A stretch of DNA of 64,000 nt from Eubacteriales bacterium (GCA_045542335.1 JAZQKV010000086.1:1478-65477), one strand, 5' to 3'; counted from the first letter of the stretch, positions 27,401 through 34,564 are shown. Notes: generated by a model not told the origin, from the letters alone. Made by a program: numbers and translations.

Positions 27401-30124
27401 AAATTCGGGTGCTTGTGCGTAATACGCATTAAGTCTGAAATCCGCTTTGTCGAGTGTGGTCTGATCGGGAATGGTAAAGGTCTTTCTCACCCAAAGGTAT
27501 CCCGAGGCGTTCTTTTCATACCATACTGTATTGTGTGTGACCGTACCGTTTCCGAAAGGTGCAGCCCCCGTGAGCCAAGTGGAGGTATCGTAATCCTCTG
27601 CATACCACTCTGCACCGTCAAGCGAATTTGAGGTATTCATGAAGTATGTCCAGTCCGCACCATGATCTATAAGAGTATCGGTGTAAGCTTCGAGGATTGC
27701 GTCGTCGGGGATGACTATGTCGCCCTCGGGAAGAACAACAGGCTTATTGTCGGAATACATTTTGAATGAGAACACAGGTGCTTGCAAGTACGGTGCTTGA
27801 ACCTTTACAGCAATGGTGTTCTCACCCATGCGGAGCATTGAAATCATATCGTCCGTAAAGAAATTCCGTACGGTTTCCGAAGCACCGCTTCCGGAAAGGG
27901 CAAGCTCTCCGTTGAGATATACTGTATAGTTGCCCGTTGAGATAACCTCAAACAAAGGCGTGTACTCACTTATCATGTAGTTATCGGCGGTAAACTTACG
28001 TCTCAAATAAAGCTCACCGCTTTCCCAGACGGAGTTGACTTCGCAAAGTCCGTTTGCGTGTGCACCAAAAGGAGCATAAAGTCCATGCCAAGCGGAGGAA
28101 TCAAAGTCCTCGGCGTACCATGTTCCGCTTTGCGCTTCAAAGGAAACGTCCCATTTATCGTCCGCAAGTATCGCAACGGGACGGGCATCAGAGTCAAGTC
28201 CTGTCATAGAAGAGGCTGAAACGGCAACCATCGCCTGGGAGATATTCGAATAATCGGTGGTTGTTTTTTCGTTAAATATCTTCTGAACCTCATCCTCGTA
28301 GTCGAAGCCGATCGGCTCGTCTGTATACGGATCATAGTCCGCATAAATGTCATCCTCCTGCCATGCTTCACGGGTTATTTTCTGCACTCCCTTTTTGAGT
28401 GCAAGTGTGGGGGTTGCGTTTGCAGGGGGAACATTGTCCTTGTTCTCGTGGCAGCCAACGCACGAAAAGCTCTCGCCGGGCATAAGTGTTGTCCAGCTTC
28501 GCATACTTGCTATTACACAGCCCTCATCGTCAAGCACCTGGAAATAAAGCGGTGTATCCGAGGGAGCTTCAAACAGGCATGAGCCGTCCTCCTCTATGGG
28601 TACGCTTCCAAGCACCGCCTTTACGTCCCATGCGCCATAGCCCGTCGAAATCGGAGAGAACGGGTCTGCACCGGGCTGAACGGTAGCACCTATTGCGTAG
28701 TTTCTGAATTTGAGTGCAACGACACGGAGTTCTTTTGCCGTTCCTCTTTCAACGCCCGTCATTCCCTCGCCTGCGTAAACGTTTCCGATATAATATGTTC
28801 CGCTTTTCTTTGCATAGTTTACCATAGAGCTTCTGAGGAACATTTCACGGGTCTTTACAGGGACAACCTGTGCCGGAGAATAGTTGTTTTCAAAGTACGA
28901 AATGGGTACAAGGTTTTCCGTGGAGCTTCCGTCGCTAAGATAAAGGTTAAACTGTGCATCTGACGACGGAATTTTCCACACATCCCAGTTGTCGGGATCT
29001 TCGATAATGCCGTCAAGGTCGGCAGCAATAAAGAAGGTTTCGCTGTCAATGGGATAAGGATATCGGTAAATTGCGCCGACCTGACCATATTGGTCAACGT
29101 TGTCTGTCTTTTCGGAATACTCGTCAGGGAAAACAAAATTCACAGCATCCTTGCTGTTTCTTTCAATGTTGACATCAACCGTAACAAGCTTTCCGAGCTG
29201 AGTTGTGTGGTGACCCGTGGCAATCGCCATATACTTTCCGCTTTCGCCGGGGATTTCACGGGCGTGAATCAGAGAGGTGGGGAAGTTTGAATTGTTGCCG
29301 TAAAGCTCGGTCTGATTGGTGCCGTCGGGCATCATCTGGAAAAGGCTCTGGATATAGAGCTGTGTTCTGTCGTTATAGTCCCAACGGGTGTAAATAATTC
29401 TGCCGTCGCCTGTGAGCTTTGGGGTAGTGGTATGAACCTGATCATAACCGATTCTTCTGATGTTTGAGCCGTCGGGATTCATTATGAAAAGATTTGATAC
29501 AGGCACTTTCCAGCAGTCAACCGTCTGGATAATCCTGCTTGAAGAGAACATGATATTTCCGTCGGGAAGATATATAGGCTCGAAATCAGAAACACCGTCG
29601 CCGAAAGTAAGCTGTTTTACACTTCTGTCGGCAAGGGTCATTTCGTAAATTTTGAAATCCTCATATTTGTTTGCTCTCTGTGAATATATAACTGTTTTTC
29701 CGTCAGCCGAAACATCCGGGTCACGGACAACGCCGCTTGGCAGGTCAACGAGTATTTCCTCGGTTACAGTGATAGAACTTTCAGAGGCCTTTTCAACAGA
29801 GAGAAGTACCATTCTTGATGGTGTGCCCTTTATGCTCGCTTCACCTTTTTCGGGAAGTGATGTACCGTAAATGATTTCCTCGGCAAGATCCTCCGTATAG
29901 GAAAAATGCGAGCCGCCCATGCGCTTGATTTTGGTGAGAATATATGTACTTGAATGTTCAAGCGCACGGTCAACAACCGCCATTTGATCAGCGGTGAGGT
30001 TTTCAACTGTTATTGTGGTAACATCACCAACAGCGGCTCCAACCTTTGCGGTATCGCTGTAAATCACCGTCATGGGAAGAACAAGTACAAGGGTGAGCAC
30101 GAGTGAAAGTATTCTGTTTTTCAT
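24455..30124 (-). CDS. 1889-aa secreted protein. It has a TolB/PD40-type beta-propeller, an HzsA-middle-domain-like region with one CxxCH heme c site, five galactose-binding-like (CBM-type) modules, and a C-terminal discoidin (F5/8 type C)-like domain.
   Basis: The signal peptide is MKNRILSLVLTLVLVLPMTVIYS. PD40-like repeats include VSADGKTVIYSQR..IYLPDGNIMFSSSR. The heme region is DGSCLFEAPSDTPLYFQVLDDEGCVIASMRSWTTLMPGESFSCVGCHE. There are five modules with the D(D/S)SxW..(A/G)P(F/I)G motif. The C-terminus is ALIDGFEMN...VTEIRVMG. The RBS AGGGAGGA sits 15 nt after the upstream stop. Confidence 0.75.
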   Translation of the reverse strand: MKNRILSLVLTLVLVLPMTVIYSDTAKVGAAVGDVTTITVENLTADQMAVVDRALEHSSTYILTKIKRMGGSHFSYTEDLAEEIIYGTSLPEKGEASIKGTPSRMVLLSVEKASESSITVTEEILVDLPSGVVRDPDVSADGKTVIYSQRANKYEDFKIYEMTLADRSVKQLTFGDGVSDFEPIYLPDGNIMFSSSRIIQTVDCWKVPVSNLFIMNPDGSNIRRIGYDQVHTTTPKLTGDGRIIYTRWDYNDRTQLYIQSLFQMMPDGTNQTELYGNNSNFPTSLIHAREIPGESGKYMAIATGHHTTQLGKLVTVDVNIERNSKDAVNFVFPDEYSEKTDNVDQYGQVGAIYRYPYPIDSETFFIAADLDGIIEDPDNWDVWKIPSSDAQFNLYLSDGSSTENLVPISYFENNYSPAQVVPVKTREMFLRSSMVNYAKKSGTYYIGNVYAGEGMTGVERGTAKELRVVALKFRNYAIGATVQPGADPFSPISTGYGAWDVKAVLGSVPIEEDGSCLFEAPSDTPLYFQVLDDEGCVIASMRSWTTLMPGESFSCVGCHENKDNVPPANATPTLALKKGVQKITREAWQEDDIYADYDPYTDEPIGFDYEDEVQKIFNEKTTTDYSNISQAMVAVSASSMTGLDSDARPVAILADDKWDVSFEAQSGTWYAEDFDSSAWHGLYAPFGAHANGLCEVNSVWESGELYLRRKFTADNYMISEYTPLFEVISTGNYTVYLNGELALSGSGASETVRNFFTDDMISMLRMGENTIAVKVQAPYLQAPVFSFKMYSDNKPVVLPEGDIVIPDDAILEAYTDTLIDHGADWTYFMNTSNSLDGAEWYAEDYDTSTWLTGAAPFGNGTVTHNTVWYEKNASGYLWVRKTFTIPDQTTLDKADFRLNAYYAQAPEFYVNGKKFLNNTTSGSGGWFTSWGYRDVYLDEDFKSALKVGTNTIAVRLTNPTNANANGGAFDLGLYADFRKYDEKYLVEARSELKYSVIDNATGAPENWTAVDFDDSSWTSGEGPIGNVKCVGTNSNFVVAGGNTMYVRQSFEIEDLSEYEGVTLKMNLLYDQDPSIYLNGNLIYSTSGYTTGYTTIDLGSTCTKYLREGTNVLATAAPNEANGEAGYDMALLASGIVERNLITESYTTTLIDKGSSWSYNVASSDTLGTAVHAADFDASSWSTGNAPFGNGTKRTYATTWGELQVAGYLWVRKHFTVTADMLAKADFSLNAFYAQAPEFYVNGTKFLNNTAGGSGGYYTGWGYRDVYLDEAFKDALVVGDNVISVRLTNPTNAYGGYFDLGLYAHFKAFDEKYLVDPRATWTNVYTAEAPDSSWTSNTFDDSSWTLNDAPFGNMKAVGYNTEYKGDGNTLYARTAFNIENLAEYSNCGIKLYALYDEDPKLYLNGNLIWEKNGYNTGYDIFDLGTAISKYFVQGQNILAMEVPNASGEIGADFALYAYDIKVGGEQSSIVSEPSKIYLGGKLMPAPRMKKSFPLSYLVLTGSTPKSNIQWIGDYQNSYINWIYSMSKPEMLEPYEYGSKTSTGLFTLLEPYNLTDAELRTIRAWIDLGVPAYGKYDKNVNWSDNDLRDATEKDSKRDFYEMLDTQAKKKLAGLEMPGEITISFAGADGVSTSATDSESAYITIPRKYAQGDTFTVTLPEGHKYLAFTFTPKVAESIIYVPDGVFTYTFPSYASTVFPTEAFTLYTENTASARIPTNDELSSVRNLALNPFDLDDATGIYPHATVSSRYSSNYCRARALIDGFEMNLLHYYDATGLGYPVMSWGLNQGDASDDYASIDFGRSVCVSSVGIKIRADFDHDDYFTSCTVELSDGTTAWLAMKKTSEMMWLEFDEPVTTTSIKIKELNNTTTDRWPAVTEIRVMGCEASDTVSE
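28448..28462 (-). other. CxxCH heme c attachment motif (CVGCH)
   Basis: The plus strand reads gtggcagccaacgca, which on the minus strand is TGC GTT GGC TGC CAC. Confidence 0.7.
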
Positions 30125-30139
30125 TGTTTATTCCTCCCT

Positions 30140-32788
30140 TCAGTTGTTTACAAGCACAAGGTCGGTTGCATACGCCCTGCCGCTTCTTGTTTCGGTAATT
30201 GTAAAGGTAAGAGTTCCGCCTTCAGCAAAATCTTCGGGTATTTCAAAGGACGAGGGGAACTGCACCGTATAAAGTGCGCCGTATTTCATTGCCGGAAGCT
30301 CAAAGCTCTTGCTTTCAAGAGAGTTTCCGTCGGCATCTGCAAGGGTAATTGTGACGGTCGCCTCCCTTGCATATTTATCTTGCTTTCTTACGGTGAAATA
30401 ATCGGGTACGGCACCGGGAGCAATCTTTGAGTAGAGAGTTGCTCCATCGGAGGCAGTGGCAAAAATCTGCTCGATACCGTAGGCTTCATTCTCCGCACCT
30501 ATTGAAAGTACATATTCCGTAAGGTCGTCGATTTCGCTTTGGGAAAGGTTCAGACCCTCGGTATCATGCACGACACTTTCACGGGCTGTCGCAAACTTTC
30601 CGTTAAAGCGGTACGGTGCGCTTCTCCAGACCTCAACAAGAGTCGATGTATCAAAGGGTCTGTATTCCCAGCCGTCGGTTTCGGGGTCAATAATTCCGTT
30701 ATCGTGAAGCTTCATATCCGTGTAAAGGGGCGCAGGATGGCAGGTGATACACCCCGCCTCATCAAACAGCTGCTTTCCGTTTTGTGCCGATGACGTGAGT
30801 GTTCCGTCACGGTTAAGATAAGGAGATGCAACCGGAGAAAGGCTCTTTAAATATTCGTCGATTGCCGCCATGCCTTCCTCGGGAATAACGTTGAATTGAA
30901 TGTATTTCATACCTGCTCTGACAGCAGTTTCGGCGTTTGCTCTGATACCCGTCACCATTACGGGCGGTGTTCTGTGGGAATAAAGCATACTCTTTGCGCT
31001 CTTGTGTGTTCCGATGCCGTCGTTGAGGTTGTCCCAGTTAAGTCCGTCTACGCGTGCGTCGGGATGACAACTGTTACAGGACTGCCAGCTCTGATAGCAA
31101 AGGGTTGCGTCACTCCAGAGGATATGTCCTTGGCGCACCACATCATTTTCGGGCTGTGCACCAAGAGAAACGGTTTCTACCTCCATGGTATCAAGTGAAA
31201 GTGCGGCAATGTCGCCTGTAAAATACTGTGCAAAATACGCTGTATTTCCATCGGCGGCAACCGCAACGCCCCTCGGACCATTGCCCGAAAGAGCAATTCT
31301 CTGTCTTGCACCATCAAGGAAATTAAGGCTGTTTGCGGTGCTCGAAAGAGTACCTGTGCTTTCCTCGGAACTCAATTTATCGTTGAGTGTGGGAATGTCA
31401 ATTACCATCGCCTCATGTACACCGGAAAGAGCAACGACCAGCTTGTCGCCGGAAATTTCAATACCCCATGGATTTGCCGCGCCAAGGTCAGTCTTGTCAA
31501 GGAGTACGGTGGCATAAGGCGTGTCGGTAGTGCAGTCGAAAATCGTTACTGCGTTGGTGTTTATCCAACCTCTGTCAAGCTGGGTCGTGGGATAGGCGTA
31601 TCTTCCGAGCACATGAGTTATGTAAAGCCTTCCGTTTCCGTCAGCGACAACATCCTTTACACCCGATGCGCCGTTGATAATAGGCTCGGTCTTTATAACG
31701 GTGTTTGTTTCAAGGTCAATGACCGAAACCTTTGCGGAAACGACGTCCTCCGTTGCCGCATCATCTGTAAGGTGATGCACTGCATAAAGCTTACCGTCTG
31801 ATACTGCAAGGGCTATCGGCTCACGGATGACGTCAATGTGCGTAGTTATACTGTAATCGGAGGTGTCAATGACCGAAATTGTGTTTGAAAACCTATTGGC
31901 AACATAAAGCTTACCGTCTGAAAGCGCCATGTCCGTGGGGGTGTGACCGACTTCAAGAGTTTCAATGACCGCAAAGTCGTCTGCGTCAAGCACGCTTACA
32001 ACACCCGAAAGACCTCCTTCGGCAACATAGACCATTCCGTCTTCTGCCATTACGCCGTTTACGTCATCCGAAGCAATGTAAGTCTTTGCGATTTCACCGT
32101 CGGAAAGCCTGAGCTTATAGACCGCTCCCCTTGTTTCGTCGCCTACCGCCGCATAATTCCCGTCAATAACGGCAAGAGATGCGGGAGAAATGTATTCAGA
32201 TTCATCTATATAACGCTCTCCCTCAAAAATTGCGTCGGTTAAAGTCTTGCCCTTGCCCGAAAGCAGTATAGCCAGGTCCTCTGTGTCCACCTTACCGTCC
32301 GAGGTAAGGTCGGAAAGGGGATTTTCAAGATTTGCTTTCTTTTTATTGTAGTCCGCATTAAGGAGTGCAAGATCCTCCCCGTCAATTCTTCCGTCGGTGT
32401 TTATGTCACCACCGAAGGCACGCAGATCAACAGCCGCAAGCTCCTCGCCCGACTGCACCTTTACGGAGTTTATTCTGTAAGGCAAAAATCCGTCTGCCTC
32501 TATAACCAGGGTATAATAGCCTTCAACGGGAATATCCGAAAGCTTAAAGCTTTTTCCCTTGGTGGTGGTCCTGCTTACCGTAGCCATTGTTTCGGCGTCA
32601 AGAAGCGAAACCGTGTATACCTTTTCAACGGTATTTACATCAAGCGAGCCGTTTACGGAATATCCGTTTGAAAACAGATCAACAATTCCGGAAAGTCCCA
32701 CATCGGAAACGGCAAACACCGCAATTCCGAGAACAATCACCGTCGCTACAGCGCAAATTGCCACTGTCAGTTTTTTCTTACCGAGCAT
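30140..32788 (-). CDS. Secreted or anchored protein with an X-module, a canonical N-terminal dockerin, a YVTN-type beta-propeller and a C-terminal di-heme cytochrome c peroxidase/MauG-like domain
   Basis: The anchor or signal is LTVAICAVATVIVLGIAVFAV. The X-module is GYYTLVIEADGFLPYRINSV. The dockerin is DINTDGRIDGEDLALL..DLTSDGKVDTEDLAILL. YVTN-like blades include DGKLYVANRFSNTISVID and DGKLYAVHH. The CCP-like part is GHILWSDATLCYQSWQSCNSCHPD, GKQLFDEAGCITCHPAPLYTD and TLVEVWRSAPYRFNG. I prefer the ATG at 32788 (GGGAGG 8 nt upstream) over the TTG at 32794. Confidence 0.78.
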   Translation of the reverse strand: MLGKKKLTVAICAVATVIVLGIAVFAVSDVGLSGIVDLFSNGYSVNGSLDVNTVEKVYTVSLLDAETMATVSRTTTKGKSFKLSDIPVEGYYTLVIEADGFLPYRINSVKVQSGEELAAVDLRAFGGDINTDGRIDGEDLALLNADYNKKKANLENPLSDLTSDGKVDTEDLAILLSGKGKTLTDAIFEGERYIDESEYISPASLAVIDGNYAAVGDETRGAVYKLRLSDGEIAKTYIASDDVNGVMAEDGMVYVAEGGLSGVVSVLDADDFAVIETLEVGHTPTDMALSDGKLYVANRFSNTISVIDTSDYSITTHIDVIREPIALAVSDGKLYAVHHLTDDAATEDVVSAKVSVIDLETNTVIKTEPIINGASGVKDVVADGNGRLYITHVLGRYAYPTTQLDRGWINTNAVTIFDCTTDTPYATVLLDKTDLGAANPWGIEISGDKLVVALSGVHEAMVIDIPTLNDKLSSEESTGTLSSTANSLNFLDGARQRIALSGNGPRGVAVAADGNTAYFAQYFTGDIAALSLDTMEVETVSLGAQPENDVVRQGHILWSDATLCYQSWQSCNSCHPDARVDGLNWDNLNDGIGTHKSAKSMLYSHRTPPVMVTGIRANAETAVRAGMKYIQFNVIPEEGMAAIDEYLKSLSPVASPYLNRDGTLTSSAQNGKQLFDEAGCITCHPAPLYTDMKLHDNGIIDPETDGWEYRPFDTSTLVEVWRSAPYRFNGKFATARESVVHDTEGLNLSQSEIDDLTEYVLSIGAENEAYGIEQIFATASDGATLYSKIAPGAVPDYFTVRKQDKYAREATVTITLADADGNSLESKSFELPAMKYGALYTVQFPSSFEIPEDFAEGGTLTFTITETRSGRAYATDLVLVNN
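30737..30751 (-). other. CxxCH heme c attachment motif 2 (CITCH) of the CCP/MauG-like domain
   Basis: The plus strand reads atggcaggtgataca, which on the minus strand is TGT ATC ACC TGC CAT. Confidence 0.75.
31064..31078 (-). other. CxxCH heme c attachment motif 1 (CNSCH) of the CCP/MauG-like domain
   Basis: The plus strand reads atgacaactgttaca, which on the minus strand is TGT AAC AGT TGT CAT. Confidence 0.75.
32255..32413 (-). other. Dockerin module (subtype B: both Ca-binding loops canonical), N-terminal position
   Basis: GGDINTDGRIDGEDLALLNADYNKKKANLENPLSDLTSDGKVDTEDLAILLSG. Confidence 0.75.
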
Positions 32789-32814
32789 TTTCAATGCCTC
32801 CCATGATAGAATTA

Positions 32815-33582
32815 TTAAGAGTATGTGTGAAGTGAATCCGATGGAATCATGTCCACAAAAAGAAGTGTAAATACAAGTGCAAAAAATCCGATTATGACGA
32901 AAGCCTTCGCAAATCGCCTAAATCGCCCGACCCTTCGCATATGCAGATAACCGCTGTAAAAAAGCAAAGTCAGAAGTGAAAAGCACTCCTTGACGTCCCA
33001 CGTCCAGAACTCGCCCCACACTTCATTTGCCCACGTTGCGCCGCAAAGCATACCCGAAAGCATAAAGGGCAACGCCGTTTTCACGAGCAGACCGCAGGCG
33101 TTTTCACATTCCCCTGCCCTATCAGTAAAAATCATCCCCCACACACAGCACACAAAGGACACGGCGCAAAGAGTATAGGAAATCATGTATAAAAAAACAT
33201 GGGGTACAAAAAACGGTGAATCAAGTGCCGGCGGAAAGTGCCAGGCACCGCTGTCAGACATAAAGCCAACGCCGACAAGAATTATGCCCGAAAGTGCCGG
33301 GAAAAATTTCAATATGAACATTTGCTTTTTGACCATACACATATATATGGCTGAAAATGTCATCGTCACCGCAAGGAAAGTAAGCACCTGATACATACTC
33401 ACAAACGGCACATATCCGTTTATAACGGCGTTTCTCAAAACAAGAAACAGATTTATGCACATACCGCCTGCGTAAAGCACATTCATAAGCTTTGGAAGCT
33501 TTCCTGTTGCTATAAGAAGCGCACTCACAATATAAAGCGCCGCACCGCAGAAGGTTATTGCCATAAGCAGCTTTACGGTCAT
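32815..33582 (-). CDS. ccsA: Cytochrome c biogenesis protein CcsA/ResC (System II heme-handling subunit)
   Basis: The Trp-rich WWD motif WANEVWGEFWTWDVKE is at nt 32986-33033. Conserved His contexts are PPALDSPFFVPHV and YSGYLHMR. The protein is polytopic. The ATG overlaps the ccsB stop (ATGA). Confidence 0.85.
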   Translation of the reverse strand: MTVKLLMAITFCGAALYIVSALLIATGKLPKLMNVLYAGGMCINLFLVLRNAVINGYVPFVSMYQVLTFLAVTMTFSAIYMCMVKKQMFILKFFPALSGIILVGVGFMSDSGAWHFPPALDSPFFVPHVFLYMISYTLCAVSFVCCVWGMIFTDRAGECENACGLLVKTALPFMLSGMLCGATWANEVWGEFWTWDVKECFSLLTLLFYSGYLHMRRVGRFRRFAKAFVIIGFFALVFTLLFVDMIPSDSLHTYS

Positions 33583-34325
33583 GCCTTATCACCGCCTTCC
33601 GAAGTATCTTGCTCCGACGGTGCATTACCGTCCTTTTTCTTTTTTCTTTCCGGTGCAAACGCCGTGACAAAAGCTCCAGCCACCATGCAGATTATTCCGA
33701 CAAGGCTTATAAACTCCCCGGGGTCACGCTTTATAAGCAGATTCACCTGCAAGCTCTGCCCCATTCCGTAAAAGCCCATGAGATATATTTTATATCCGTT
33801 TTTCCTTACAGGCTTGTTAACAGAAATATCAAGGCTCTCGGCAAGGCGGCTTCTCTTTTGAGTAAATGTAAGCACTCCGTTGTACTCCTTATCCGAGCCG
33901 TCGGGATAAGTGACAATTTCGAAGGAATCAAGCGACATTTCGAAGGGAAGACTTACACTTTCATAGTTTCCGTCGGACTTTTCGTTTTGTATTTCCGAAT
34001 ACACCAAATCGGGATCGGGCGGCATAGAAACGTTGTATTTTGCACCCGTAAAGTTGTAAATCGTAATTCCCGCTAAGAAAAACACCATTCCGAAATGAAG
34101 TGCAAGAACGCCGATTGACCGGAGTGTAGGTCTTGACGTGTACGCAAGTACAAGCACAGCACCGGTCGCCGACAACACAAGCAACAATGCCGATATAACA
34201 AAAGTCACAGGCGTATCTGCAGAAAATGCAATTCTGTGTGCCACATATACCGTACAAAGCACAGCTTCCACGGCGCACAATATTCCAGACAAACTTAAAA
34301 TCTTCTTTTTTGCGCCACTTGACAT
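33579..34325 (-). CDS. ccsB: Cytochrome c biogenesis protein CcsB/ResB, short form
   Basis: The TM His context is VLALHFGMVFFLAG. The ResB-like C-terminal motif is ISVNKPVRKNGYKIYLMGF, followed by a last TM helix. I chose the ATG at 34325 (MSSGAKKK..). The ORF-track ATG at 34361 lies inside a palindrome and has no RBS. The AAGGAGG for 34325 is 14 nt upstream, so the start is not certain. Confidence 0.75.
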   Translation of the reverse strand: MSSGAKKKILSLSGILCAVEAVLCTVYVAHRIAFSADTPVTFVISALLLVLSATGAVLVLAYTSRPTLRSIGVLALHFGMVFFLAGITIYNFTGAKYNVSMPPDPDLVYSEIQNEKSDGNYESVSLPFEMSLDSFEIVTYPDGSDKEYNGVLTFTQKRSRLAESLDISVNKPVRKNGYKIYLMGFYGMGQSLQVNLLIKRDPGEFISLVGIICMVAGAFVTAFAPERKKKKDGNAPSEQDTSEGGDKA

Positions 34326-34349
34326 ATGGTTTCTCGTTCCCTCCTTATT

Positions 34350-34373
34350 CACGTTAACCATTCGGTTAACGTG
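34350..34373. promoter_or_regulatory. Perfect 10-bp inverted repeat in the ccsB leader (candidate operator or RNA hairpin)
   Basis: CACGTTAACC-ATTC-GGTTAACGTG. It lies between the predicted TSS and the RBS of ccsB. Confidence 0.5.
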
Positions 34374-34442
34374 TCAATATATCGGCGTACCTGTAAACAT
34401 TTTGGTTAATTTTACCAAAGCACCCAATCGATTCACAAGTAA

Positions 34443-34471
34443 AATATATCATATTTTCACAAATTTGTCAA
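34443..34471 (-). promoter_or_regulatory. Sigma-A promoter of the ccsB-ccsA-heme protein operon
   Basis: The minus strand reads TTGACA-17 nt-TGATATATT (extended -10). The leader is about 110 nt. Confidence 0.6.
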
Positions 34472-34501
34472 GTACTTTTTTGGATTTTTTCCAAAATCCT
34501 C

Positions 34502-34530
34502 TTGACAACTTCATTTTGTTGTGTTATCAT
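34502..34530 (+). promoter_or_regulatory. Sigma-A promoter of the ArsR-like regulator / GH51 unit
   Basis: TTGACA-17 nt-TGTTATCAT. It lies 30 bp from the divergent ccsB promoter. Confidence 0.6.
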
Positions 34531-34564
34531 ATAGGCAAACGAAATTAACCTTTTGGAGAACACT

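Noticed and set aside
24455-32788. Idea that the heme protein pair is a bona fide hydrazine synthase (anammox-type metabolism).
   Set aside because: - Only the domain parts list is similar.
- The window contains no hydrazine dehydrogenase, nitrite reductase or anammox context.
- The proteins carry CBM-like and dockerin modules.
- HzsA-middle-domain-like proteins occur widely outside anammox bacteria.
33254-33670. 138-aa ORF on the minus strand overlapping the ccsB/ccsA junction in another frame.
   Set aside because: It is embedded in two genes with clear family motifs, has an Arg/Lys-rich low-complexity translation, and has no RBS.
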